This document shows positions 37,419 to 49,143 of a DNA stretch of 64,000 bases, piece after piece. The stretch comes from Nemertoderma westbladi (lineage: Eukaryota > Animalia > Xenacoelomorpha): the NCBI GenBank assembly GCA_032718475.1, contig JAUCBJ010007068.1:1-64000 (forward strand). Reading direction: 5' to 3'. The position numbers and the translations under genes are program-made. The notes under the pieces are model-generated. The model was not told the origin of the DNA. It was given only the letters and a program-made list of their open reading frames with translations, and did no database searches. Each line of letters begins with the position of its first letter. The first letter of the stretch is position 1.

Positions 37419-38850
37419 GAATGGGGGTATGGTAAGCTACACTGAATGGCGGGTATGGTAAGCTACACTGAATGGGGGTATGGTAAGCTACATTGAATGG
37501 GGGTATGGTAAGCTACACTGAATGGGGGTATGGTAAGCTACACTGAATGGGGGTATGGTAAGCTACACTGAATGGGGGTATGGCAAGCTACACTGAATGG
37601 GGGTATGGTAAGCTACACTGAATGGGGGTATGGTAAGCTACACTGAATGGGGGTATGGTAAGCTACACTGAATGGGGGTATGGTAAGCTACACTGAATGG
37701 GGGTATGGTAAGCTACACTGAATGGGGGTATGGTAAGCTACACTGAATGGGGGTATGGTAAGCTACACTGAATGGGGGTATGGTAAGCTACACTGAATGG
37801 GGGTATGGTAAGCTACACTGAATGGGGGTATGGTAAGCTACACTGAATGGGGGTATGGTAAGCTACACTGAATGGGGGTATGGTAAGCTACACTGAATGG
37901 GGGTATGGTAAGCTACACTGAATGGGGTTATGGTAAGCTACACTGAATGGGGGTATGGTAAGCTACACTGAATGGGGGTATGGTAAGCTACACTGAATGG
38001 GGGTATGGTAAGCTACACTGAATGGGGGTATGGTAAGCTACACTGAATGGGGGTATGGTAAGCTACACTGAATGGGGGTATGGTAAGCTACACTGAATGG
38101 GGGTATGGTAAGCTACACTGAATGGGGGTATGGTAAGCTACACTGAATGGGGGTATGGTAAGCTACACTGAATGGGGGTATGGTAAGCTACACTGAATGG
38201 GGGTATGGTAAGCTACACTGAATGGGGGTATGGTAAGCTACACTGAATGGGGGTATGGTAAGCTACACTGAATGGGGGTATGGTAAGCTACACTGAATGG
38301 GGGTATGGTAAGCTACACTGAATGGGGGTATGGTAAGCTACACTGAATGGGGGTATGGTAAGCTACACTGAATGGGGGTATGGTAAGCTACACTGAATGG
38401 GGGTATGGTAAGCTACACTGAATGGGGGTATGGTAAGCTACACTGAATGGGGGTATGGTAAGCTACACTGAATGGGGGTATGGTAAGCTACACTGAATGG
38501 GGGTATGGTAAGCTACACTGAATGGGGGTATGGTAAGCTACACTGAATGGGGGTATGGTAAGCTACACTGAATGGGGGTATGGTAAGCTACACTGAATGG
38601 GGGTATGGTAAGCTACACTGAATGGGGGTATGGTAAGCTACACTGAATGGGGGTATGGTAAGCTACACTGAATGGGGGTATGGTAAGCTACACTGAATGG
38701 GGGTATGGTAAGCTACACTGAATGGGGGTATGGTAAGCTACACTGAATGGGGGTATGGTAAGCTACACTGAATGGGGGTATGGTAAGCTACACTGAATGG
38801 GGGTATGGTAAGCTACACTGAATGGGGGTATGGTAAGCTACACTAAATGG
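37419..38850. repeat. 25-bp minisatellite (AATGGGGGTATGGTAAGCTACACTG)n, ~57 copies
   Basis: Near-perfect tandem array. Confidence 0.97.
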
Positions 38851-39310
38851 GGGTATATATTATGTATGGTAAGGTACCTAGAAAGGGCTTGTATGGTAAG
38901 GTACATAATGAAATGAAGGTACACAATGGCAATGAGTGTACTGTACATATGGCAAGGCACACAATGAAGGTACACAATGGGGGTACATATGGCAAGGTAC
39001 ACAATAAAGCAATAAAGGTACACAATGTGGGTACATAACATATGGTAAGGTACACAATGTGGGTACATAACATATGGTAAGGTACATAATGAGCGGACAT
39101 ATGGCAAGGTACACTACACAAAGGGGGTACATAAAATGGTAAGGTACATAATTGGGGTACATATAGAATGGCAAGGTACACAAAAGGGGTACATAAAATG
39201 GTAAGGTACATAAAGGGGGTACATATGGTAAGGTACATAATTAATATTTAGGTATATATGGTAAGGCATATAATGGGGGTACGGTACGTAGATACGGTAA
39301 GGTACACACA
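38851..39310. repeat. Degenerate tandem repeat related to the 25-mer
   Basis: Repeated atggtaaggtacac...gggggtac units of variable length. Confidence 0.75.
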
Positions 39311-42012
39311 CAATTTTGAGAAATATTCGCATTTTTTAACAACATTAAGGTTTCTCATCAGTGTAGTTTCGCAATTAGTATTATTTTGGTATAAAATTTA
39401 ATTACGTTTCATACGAGTTGCAACATGTACTTTACTGCACTACTTCTCTTAGTGGCTACTATCCAGACAAGCAGACCACACAGTATAAATATATATATTA
39501 CTGTTACAAATGTTGCCATTGTCATAATTGGTAAATTAATGATAAATCAGTTACCAACCACCTTACTTACTACATGCACCATGCAACATACAATTAGATT
39601 TAATTATATCTAGAGCAATTTAAAATAGTTGAGATATTAAACTTTAAGAAATAATATCACAATACTAACAATTATTGCACCCAACAAAACGTTATCCAAA
39701 AGCCAAATAATTAATAAGATTAAAAGTGTTACTGCACCGAGACGTTTAAAGTAACGATAAAGTTAAAAATATGAATATGGAGTAATAACAGAAGATTGTC
39801 GGCCCCTGTAAATTAGTAATATTTGTACGGGGTTCCAGCAGTACGGATTTCATATTAATTATATTAATTAAAATCCATCAAAATTAATTAACATTTCACA
39901 GGTTCGTTCAACGACTTAATAATTGGGTGTTATGGATTCCAAATTTGTTTTCAATATTTTTTATTTGATCTAGAGCAGATTTTGATCAACACTTCAAATT
40001 TGAAAGCCGTCCTATCTTAGCAAGATCTGTCTTACTTCTCGAGATATGGCTGCCTGTCCGTTTACTGTCGGTCTGCCCGTCAGTACGTCTCCAAAACAAT
40101 AGAAAACATACTAACTATCTAAAACATTTCCTATATTTTGGGTGATTACAAGTTAAAAGTGACCAGAAACACCCGCAGCAGAAATCATAGCACGGTTTTG
40201 TGCATTCTTGGTGCTATATTGATAGACATTCTTACACAGTTTTTGAGCGGGAAGGTTCAAAATTTAAGGGCCAAGATAATTTCCATTAACTCGGAATGGC
40301 TTTTTTCATTTTTAAATCACTACTCATCAGCCATTTTTCAACCAACCTATTTAAGTTTTTGTCATTTTTTTTTATCAAATGAAAGCTAATAGGTAATAAT
40401 AGCTTCTCGAGGTATCGTGGAATATCTGTCCGCCAATCTGCCTGTCAAAATGTAAGACAGACAGACAACCGACATACGGACAGACTACATTCCACCAAAT
40501 ATTAAAACTGATATCGGAAATGAAATCAACGACACCAAAAACCCGAAAAAAAAATATAATTTTAGCTTGGTGGTGTACTTCCTTCATGTCAGACACTATT
40601 AACCATTCAGACATCATACAGGTAGTTTTGCGCGGGAAGGTGATTATCTCAGAATGACATTTTTTGCACGAAAAATACTACTTCGCACATTTTTTAACCG
40701 TTTTTTTTTTCAATTTTTGCTTTATATGAAAGGTAAATTCATAAGCTTCAATAAATTTCACGCACTTTTCTTAATTTAATAATATTTCCCCATTATTTTA
40801 ATGAAAAATTAGAAAAAACAAGGGTTTTTTCAGTTTTTAAAAATTCTGACTTTTTTTTTACAAAATTGACAATTATCAGAAATATAAAACGAAAATAAAA
40901 AACTTGCGTGAAAAATATGATGAAAATGAACATGCTGGTTCCAAAAAATATGGTATCGGAAAATAGAAATGGAAAATAACGGAGGAGTAGTCTTTTTAGT
41001 GAAATTTATTAATTCCAATCTTACACAGGCCGCTAGGGGACGCCAAAAATTTTTTTTTCCAATTTTTATGTACTTGCGATGATCCTCTTTCCGATTGTAT
41101 ATCGTTTTCTATGCATTTTTCAACCACATTGAAGACAAGTAGAAAACAAGGAAAAACCATAGGGGGCTACTCCCCCCCCCCTCCCCCCAACCACTTAAAA
41201 TTAGTTCTTTGTCGAAAACAATAACACATGATTTAGGGAAGTAGTGGGAGGCAGCACCACAAGAACACTTGGCGCCAATCACGTTTATGTTTTATGCTTG
41301 TTAATGCTTGTTTAATTAATATATGATGGATTTATCAGGCTTGTATTTTAATCTTTACTGAAGTTGATTAAATAGGTTCAAAGACGCTTATAGAGTTAGA
41401 GTTATTCAGTGCGTCGAAAATATCCAATAGGCCTACCTGTGCTGTAAAATTAGGCATCTAGTATCATTACCTCAAGGTGAAACACCGATGATAAATCCAT
41501 TATATAGCTGACGATAGAACCATGCAATATCAAAAGATTGAAATTATATCATGAGATATCGAATCAATATGTTTCAATATCGATTAGTTACTCAACGTAC
41601 AGGATGTAGGCTATGTGGTAAACCACTTCCCTTAATAAAAAAAAAACCTCAACCCTATGGGATTGACCTTTATCATCAGAGAGTTATTCTAAGAGATCCC
41701 CTTAGTAGCACCCCGGTGTCGTTGGAATGGTTCCGATGTACCGCGCGGTGAGAGTCGGCTAGTGTAGATAGATAGATGGGTCCGCTGAGATTTAGTGCGA
41801 TAATTATTAATGTAACACAATACGGGGGGGTAGTGGGTGAATACGGAAGTATGGAAGGAAGGAAGGGGAATGGGGGGAGGGTAGAGATGGGTATAACGGG
41901 GAATTAACGAGTAAGAAACACATTGGATTCATTTGTTAAGAGAAACCGGAGAGGAAACTACAATTTGGTAACATCTCCGAAAGAAAAGCTAATTTAATTT
42001 ATGATATATATA

Positions 42013-42215
42013 TGTGGGGCGAGCCACGCAGTCAGGGTGAGCCTTAGCGCACAATTATAATTAGTAAATAGGGCAAAATTGAATGTCCTTCTGTCTGTCT
42101 GTAATGAAAAATTCATTCGTAAATAACTTTTGAAGATTTTATCCATTTCAACCAAATTTGGTCTGGGCATACGAGAGAAAAAGTTCCAATATTTTTGAAA
42201 GTTACGGGCAAATAC
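42013..42215 (-). mobile_element. Family A-related terminus with (TCTG)n
   Basis: tgtggggcgagccacgcagtcagggtgagccttagcg is the inverse of the 2114-2149 terminus; ctgtctgtctgt at ~42090. Confidence 0.5.
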
Positions 42216-42217
42216 CT

Positions 42218-42645
42218 CCGGGTCGCAATTTTCCGGGTCGCAATTGCCCGGGTCGCAATTGTCCGGGTCGCAATTGTCCGGGTCGCAATTGTCCGGGTCG
42301 CAATTGTCCGGGTCGCAATTGACCGGGTTGCAATTGTCCGGGTCGCAATTGTCCGGGTCGCAATTGACCGGGTCGCAATTGTCCGGGTCGCACTTGTCCG
42401 GGTCGCAATTGACCGGGTCGCAATTGTCCGGGTCGCAATTGTCCGGGTTGCAATTGTCCGGGTCGCAATTGACCGGGTCGCAATTGTCCGGGTCGCAATT
42501 GTCCGGGTTGCAATTGTCCGGGTCGCAATTGACCGGGTCGCAATTGTCCGGGTCGCAATTGTCCGGGTCGCAATTGACCGGGTCGCAATTGTCCGGGTCG
42601 CACTTGTCCGGGTCGCAAATGTCCGGGTCGCAATTGTCCGGACTC
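42218..42645. repeat. 15-bp minisatellite (CCGGGTCGCAATTGT)n, ~28 copies
   Basis: Visible array ending ccggactcc. Confidence 0.95.
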
Positions 42646-43207
42646 CATTATGACATAGCATTTAAAGCAATAATAGGTCAACCTAGGCTAGCAGATTATT
42701 ATTACTGAGGAGACAGATAGAAGGGTGGGTAACACAAAACAGCCGCCGCCAACTGTTATTACGCCATAAAACAATAAAGAGTTGCTTTTAACTAAAGCTA
42801 AAAAATTCCTATTAATAACGTATTTACAACACCTAATAAATAGTTTGGCCATGAATCGATGCCTAATTAATAAGTCCGGCCTAATTAATAACTAATTAGA
42901 AAGTAAACTAAATCAATTTGTAAATTAAGATGAATTTAAAATAATAAATAATTACATTAAAATAAAAATAGATATTTTAAAAACTAAAATCTGCACAATA
43001 AATTAGTTAAAACCCGATGTACATAACATAATTACAACACACACTGCGACTGCACATTAGCATGCGAATCTCATGCAATTATTACGTATAATATGATATA
43101 TTACGTTGATAAACAGCAATCTATAGCACCAGCAGCCAATAAACAAGTAGTGAATGTCGGACAGGTACACCCATCGGCTGGGTGGGTCTGGGTAATCACT
43201 CACATAC

Positions 43208-43528
43208 CTTGTAGCATAGAAGAACTGCTCAATCTGGATGCAGTTGACTTCTCTGAGGTCGACACGCTGGCTCTGTGGCTGTCCGTCGGGACACTAGACC
43301 TGCGACCGCTGACAACCTCCACAGACTCACTGGTCGTCTGTTGGTCCGTTACGGTCGCCAAGGGTTCCGGTACTTCCGGTTCACTTTCTTTGGGTTCCGC
43401 CATGGTCTCGGCTAGAGTCTGTTGGGTTTCTCGCTCCAACCTTCTGATATCGTCCATCGTCAACCCGTTGTATTCGTCCTGCCAACACCAAACCTGTTTG
43501 TGCGCCCGAACCATCACTTTACGCAAAC
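43208..43528 (-). CDS. PITPNM: PITPNM/rdgB coding exon 4 (end of PITP domain plus linker)
   Basis: GLRKVMVRAHKQVWCWQDEYNGLTMDDIRRLERETQ; tacAG acceptor and GTATGT donor. Confidence 0.95.
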
Positions 43529-43943
43529 CTGTAGATAAAGGATCACAATCGCGAGAGATTAAACATCACCCATTGGGTTGAAGCACACCGACTATACACT
43601 TAGTAGATCCTTCGGGCAGCACGTGAAATACATTGATGAATTAGTATCATTGGGTACGCAGATTGGTTAAGACCGCCTGCGAATCCGTAGCCGAAAAGTA
43701 AAGTAAAAGCGTAAAATAATTGGTGAACGTTTGAATTAAAACTCGAACCACCAGTGGCAATCCGAACACTGTGACACAAACTCCCAAGGATGAACCTGAA
43801 TATTCCAGAACTATCCAACCGTATATTTACTCTCGCAGCAGAATTCAGGTTCCCATATACTTACTGAACGCTAAGGTCAAAGGAGTCGTGGCTATAAGGA
43901 GGTAACAATGCGAGTGCCTACTGTACTCGTATCGACACCATAG

Positions 43944-44465
43944 TCATCTAAATCGGCTACGAACTGCTCTATTACTAGGATCGGCATGCTGCTTTGCAGA
44001 ACTTAAGAATGCTGTGCCGGCTTGTCTACAAAAATTGCGCCGCAACAACTCCCTATCACCCATGACATTTGCTAGATCATCCGCATCTTTAAGGCCAGTG
44101 TCCTTTAAGATGCGTCTCAAGAAAGTCATGGGCTGTCCACCATGCTTATTCACTCCATGAGGCTGCAAAAGTACAAGATTATGCACTGGCTGGTCCTCAC
44201 GGCGAAAGCAATGTCCTGCAAAGCGGAGGCGATTTTGTTCTATTGTCAAGCTTGGGGGAACCAATGAGACACCTCCAATGTTATATAGTGTCTGGTTGGA
44301 GATGTGCGCATTGTACTTGACACAATGAACCCGGCGTAGCATTCTTGTGAATGTGCCATCCAGAGATTTGGTGTCCTCAGCAGATAGAGCCCAGCATGGA
44401 CTCCCATAGAGGAGTACTGGAACTACTGATGTTCTAAATAATCGGATCTTAAACGAACTGTCCCG
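43944..44465 (-). mobile_element. RTE-like non-LTR retrotransposon, C-terminal ORF fragment
   Basis: KIRLFRTSVVPVLLYGSPCW...LDGTFTRMLRR...RLRFAGHCFR, typical of the post-RT region of RTE/RTEX LINEs. Confidence 0.75.
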
Positions 44466-44474
44466 ATAGCTCAC

Positions 44475-44726
44475 CTATATCGTGTACGAACTGCTCCACT
44501 CTGGTCTGAATCCCCCAGTATTTACACTCGACACGACACAGCTTATAGGCGCACATTACCGACAGCCCAGCGGCCTTGTACTCGGCCGCCCAATTGTCGG
44601 ACAGCGGGCCGCGTCTGTACTCGGCGCCGACGGAGTTCCGACGGCGTTGCGACACGAACACCCTCGGATCCTCCTCCACTAGGTACTCCGATTTAGAAAC
44701 ATTGTCTTTAACTAAATCGATCACGT
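44475..44726 (-). CDS. PITPNM: PITPNM/rdgB coding exon 3 (PITP domain)
   Basis: DVIDLVKD...EEDPRVF...RGPLSDNW...MCAYKLCRVECKYWGIQTRVEQFVHD; tttAG acceptor and GTGAGC donor. Confidence 0.95.
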
Positions 44727-45939
44727 CTAAATAGAAAAAATTGAAATAAATAGTGTAGCGATTTTACGGTACAATTATCGACGTTCCAATTTTCGCCACG
44801 GAATACATTGTTGTTATATATCAGGTTTCGGGGATCCTCACAAAATTGTAGGACTCCAAAACCGACCAAAATTTTTCCCTAACAAAAATATAAAAAAATA
44901 TTAAAAATTATACTTAGGTAATTACTAATTATGTTAAATTAAACAATCAATCATTGTCAGCAAATACGTCCATTTTGGAATGGAGAAACCATTATTTTAG
45001 TTTATATTTTATAATCCATAATAATTGTAATAAATAGTTTGAACGATTTAACGAGTGGAGTAAGACGATATTCATTACTTTGGATGCCAAGAACATTACC
45101 CGTTAATACCCGAGTGCACCTAAGAAGGAGCGTAGCGAGTGAGTTTGCATAAATAAACGAGGTTCTGTAACAGTTAATAGAGCCCTGGTCGTATAAATGA
45201 GGTAACTGTAGGTAAATTATGTCAACTTGTAGGAATTCTGAACGATTAATTAATTAAACACTAAAATATTGTAATTAATGAAATCGGTATATATAATTTA
45301 TTATTGTACGGTCTATCAATCTATTGTACAAATATTGTTATTACATAATGTGCGATAATAATTTTACAAACTAATTGCAACTAGCAAACTAGTTAGCAAT
45401 CTGGTAATTCCGGTGAAATTCCGGCCGGAATTGACCCCATTCCGGCTGGAACAGGAATCGAGCAAAAACCGCCGGAACGGAACTCCGGAACATCCCTATA
45501 TATAACTCGAGTATTACTCGTACACAATAAGTGTTCTAGAAGGTTATTGATTCTTGATTACATGGTTAACGTTAAATAAGATTTCACCAGAGCGATTACG
45601 TTGACATAAGGTCACGAAATAAATCCCAAACTATCTGCTAATGAAAATTATTGAACCGATAAAGGATGGGAATTCTAATAATAAGTAATAATAATTAAGC
45701 AGTCGTAAGGAAAGCTTGAAAAGTTGATAATTATATTTTATTTATATTATATTTAACGTCAAGCTACTAAAAGTAAAAAACCGTACCGGTAGGAATGTAT
45801 AACAAGTAAATAAAAATCGACTGGACACCCAGACATGCATGTAATAGTGATCAGCTGACTGCAGACTGCTGATCACTATTAAATGCATGTCTGGGTCTCC
45901 AGTCGATTTTTATTTACTTGTTGTACATACCTACCGGTA

Positions 45940-47592
45940 GGGGAAAGTGGGGGAATTAGAAACACTTTTTGGATTTTAAAAAATTAAAAGTGCCCTCATT
46001 TCTACACAAACATTCATAGAGGAAATATAACTATAGATTTGGAATCATGCATCTCTCTGCTAACAATAGAACATCCTATCTCGTCTGCCTATCACTATCT
46101 GGTAGTGACAGGCAGACGAGATTTTTTTTAAGTCGAGATTGTTTCCATTTACCCCACAATGGGGTAAATGGAAACAGGGTTTGCCTCCCAATAGTTAAAT
46201 CAACCAGAAATTCACATGGGGTAATTGGAATATTTCTAATTACCACATGGGAATGTAGATTAAATTGCGCACAATTTGATATATAACATGTCTATGTTGC
46301 CACATATGTTTAATATTTAAAGTGTTTCACAAACCTTCAACAATTAACAGAGATATGCATGTTTGTGAATAAATGACATCCAGCAACAATATGGATATAT
46401 GAAAACTAATTATTGCTCTTTATATAACTAAATTAAACTTAATTTATTTAAATTAAAATGAATTAGCTTAACTTAAATTAAAATTAGAATTTCTTGTTGG
46501 TTCAGCACAGCCCCATTCCCGCTTTTCCTATTACCACCAGATATTGGGCCAATGTTTCCTCATTGGCTTTTCCGAGAAAACATCTACGCACCTGACCTAT
46601 ATAATTAGCGATCACTATATTTAAGTTTCTTGTTCCCAGAGGGTACCCCCAGGAATTCCAAAGGTATATGCAGCCTTCCGAATAGTGGCATGACCACTGG
46701 AAATGGTGCTTTAAGGCAGCAGATAGAGATTCCATAGAGTATGACGCCCAGGCAACGCAGGCAGCCATGAAGTTTTGCGTAAAATTGAGGGAAAAGAGCA
46801 GGTTACAGAGGCTGGCTTTTCTAACCCAAACAATAAACGGCCACTTTTCCAAATGAGGGAAAGGAGCAGATTACAGAGGCATGCTTTTCTAACCAAAACA
46901 ATAAACGGCCACTTTACCAATTGAGGGAAAGCAGCAGGTTACCTAGGTGGGCTATTCTAACCAAAACAATAAACGATTACTTTACCAATTGAGGGAAACC
47001 ATATGGTCAGACTTCTAGTCAGCTAGTAGTCATTAGTCACATGGTCAGACTGTCAGTAGTCACTCTATAACCAAAAAAATCAGGCACTCAAGCAATAGGC
47101 AGATAGGTACCGGTGCGCAGCTGTATGACAATTAGAAACTGTTGAAAAGGACGGTCCCCAAAGTAACAGGACCAGCTAAAAAAATTAATGTTTCCAATTA
47201 CCCCATGGCACTAAAATTTGACCATTTTTAAATTATGTTGAACAAACAAATTTTTAATTATGCTATCATTAAATTAGGTTGTCTACTGAATAGATGACAT
47301 AATAAGCTTTAAATTAAGCTATTGCTTAAGATAATTGGAATAAGACATCGCTCACAATCCATTTGTGAAGTTGCAAAAAAATAATCGAAAATTTGATTTT
47401 TTTTTCATCTTTTATACAATCAGCCATTTGACAATGAAGAAGTGAAAATAAACGCCATATTCCTATTGGAAAAATAATCACCAATAATTTATCTCAATAA
47501 ACATCAAAATTTCAAGTCTATACATACAAAAGCATGCATGTAGTAGCCATTGCTTCTAATTACCCCATGTTTCTAATTCCCCCACCTTCCCC
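45940..47592 (-). mobile_element. Internally deleted pogo/Tc1-mariner-superfamily DNA transposon
   Basis: TIRs ggggaaagtgggggaattagaaaca / tgtttctaattcccccaccttcccc with a TA target duplication (45938-39, 47593-94). Frameshifted psq-type HTH remnant at ~46502-46769 (YSMESLSAAL / TISSGHATIRKAAYTFGIPGGTL). Confidence 0.85.
46783..46998 (-). repeat. ~68-bp tandem repeat, about 3 copies, upstream of the pogo transposase remnant
   Basis: Reverse complement of the unit at 60438-61090. Confidence 0.85.
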
Positions 47593-47705
47593 TACGGTTT
47601 TTTACCATTTAGTGGCTTGACGTTAAATATAATATAAATAAAATATAATAATAATTCTAAGTAATTCATTACAATAAATCTAATATAGATAAACGGCTGC
47701 CGCAC

Positions 47706-47909
47706 CTATTTTCACAATTTCTCTTTCCTTCTTCTCAAACACATTGTCGGTCATTCCTATATCATTCGGTAGATATCTAGTCTCGATATCAATGTGGAAC
47801 TTATCCATAATCCAGGGACATGTGAACTTGGTCCGGGTGTATGGGTAAGCGTTCCACGCCTCCTCCTTAACGCAAAGTGCCGCCTTAGGAAGAAAGGCCT
47901 TAATCCAAC
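47706..47909 (-). CDS. PITPNM: PITPNM/rdgB coding exon 2 (PITP domain)
   Basis: GWIKAFLPKAALCVKEEAWNAYPYTRTKFTCP; attAG acceptor and GTGCGG donor; phase 1/1. Confidence 0.93.
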
Positions 47910-48139
47910 CTAATAAATCATATAAAACCATTAAAAAAAAAATAAAATTACAAAGGCAGAAGTAAGGAGGTGTGAGGGGGGGGGGGGGGGGTCATAAAGA
48001 TACAAATATGGGTACTGTGAGTGGACTCAAAAAAAATATTAATTCACATAATATTTTAAGTTTTGGAGAAAGATCTAAATAAAACATGTATGTAAACTAA
48101 GCTTTGTATATATAATTAAATTAAGTAGCGGTATAAATA

Positions 48140-48400
48140 ATAAAAATATTAATAAATCATGCACTTATAGCGCGCTTATCCCATGCACCATGTATCGGTT
48201 CTAAATTTCTAAAGCGCTGTTAAATTTCAAAGATTGTGTCCGATAGTTTAGTTTAGATTTGAAAAGCCCTATTAAACAATTCGGTTTTTAGAAGGATCAG
48301 CGGCGGTTCGAGTTAGCAAATGGAGACTGTTGAAGACTGTTGGAGCTGCATAAGAGAATAATCGTACGCCGAATGTTTTCAGTTTGAAAAAAAAATGCAA
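48140..48400 (-). mobile_element. L2-clade LINE 3' end fragment
   Basis: Minus strand encodes KLKTFGVRLFSYAAPTVFNSL (L2 C-terminal motif G.R.FS.AAP..WNSL), followed by an aagcgcgctataag 3' motif. Confidence 0.6.
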
Positions 48401-48578
48401 TGCGCAATACGCTACCGGTATGATGATTAGATTTCAGGTATTGGGTATACTTCATTCCAGACTTCATAGGCCTACTGCCATATCGTAACAGATAAAAGTA
48501 CCGATTAACTGATTAAATAAATAATTAAAACTAAAGTTTTAATAATGTTATAACTGTATTAGGCCCCTACCAGCTTAC

Positions 48579-48789
48579 CTGGCAAATGACTTCCCACGTG
48601 GTATATCTTGTGAGTGTACTGGCCACTGCCACCAGGACCGTTTTTATAAGGTTCATTTTCTATTATTTCTATTCCACTACCGGCACCTCTACTCTCCTCT
48701 CGAGATTTCTTTAGTATCATATAAAGCTGAGCAATTCTGTACTCCTCCACGCTCAACGGCAGTGGGATGCGGTATTCTTTAATCAACAT
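48579..48789 (-). CDS. PITPNM: PITPNM/rdgB (Nir2-like membrane-associated PITP) first coding exon
   Basis: MLIKEYRIPLPLSVEEYRIAQLYMI.KKSREES.G.GSG.EI..NEPY is the class IIA PITP N-terminus. GTAAGC donor. An AG acceptor about 21 nt before the ATG suggests an upstream non-coding exon. Confidence 0.96.
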
Positions 48790-49143
48790 TGTAGGATTGT
48801 TTAAAAATGCCTAACAATCCAAAAGCGTGTGCCATAATTCATTGCCTATTCAGATATCAGAATAACTAGGCCTACTCCCCATACAGCCATAGCTCTCCTG
48901 TCATCAAGGCAGCAAGGGACTGAGGGGAATCCAAAAACACGTAAATTGGTAAATGACAGTTTTTAATGAAGCGAAGTGCAGAAGTGAAGCATGAAGTAGG
49001 CAAGTAAGTAGGTCAGTACCGGTAAGTGGTAAGTCGTAGGTAGTCTAGTCACATCACACCACAGTCCACAAACATTAACAAGTACCGGTACCTCAGCACA
49101 GACTGACAGACGGAGACGGAATTCTATTCTGATATCTGACTAA

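Larger units (their letters stand above)
45730..47650. mobile_element. Palindromic (fold-back) MITE of ~270 bp, split by an insertion
   Basis: 45730-45939 plus 47595-47650 reconstitute a near-perfect palindrome centred near 45860 (tttaacgtcaagctactaaa / tttagtggcttgacgttaaa). Confidence 0.75.

Noticed and set aside
41665-41790. GC-rich stretch as a candidate alternative PITPNM exon
   Set aside because: All three minus-strand frames hit stops before the plausible donor.
42113-42708. Pentapeptide-repeat ORFs (RPGQL, TIATR)
   Set aside because: A 15-bp minisatellite open in four frames; no evidence of coding.
43600-43940. Possible ribozyme in the RTE 3' region
   Set aside because: No hammerhead (CTGATGA...GAAA) or HDV-like core could be fitted by eye.
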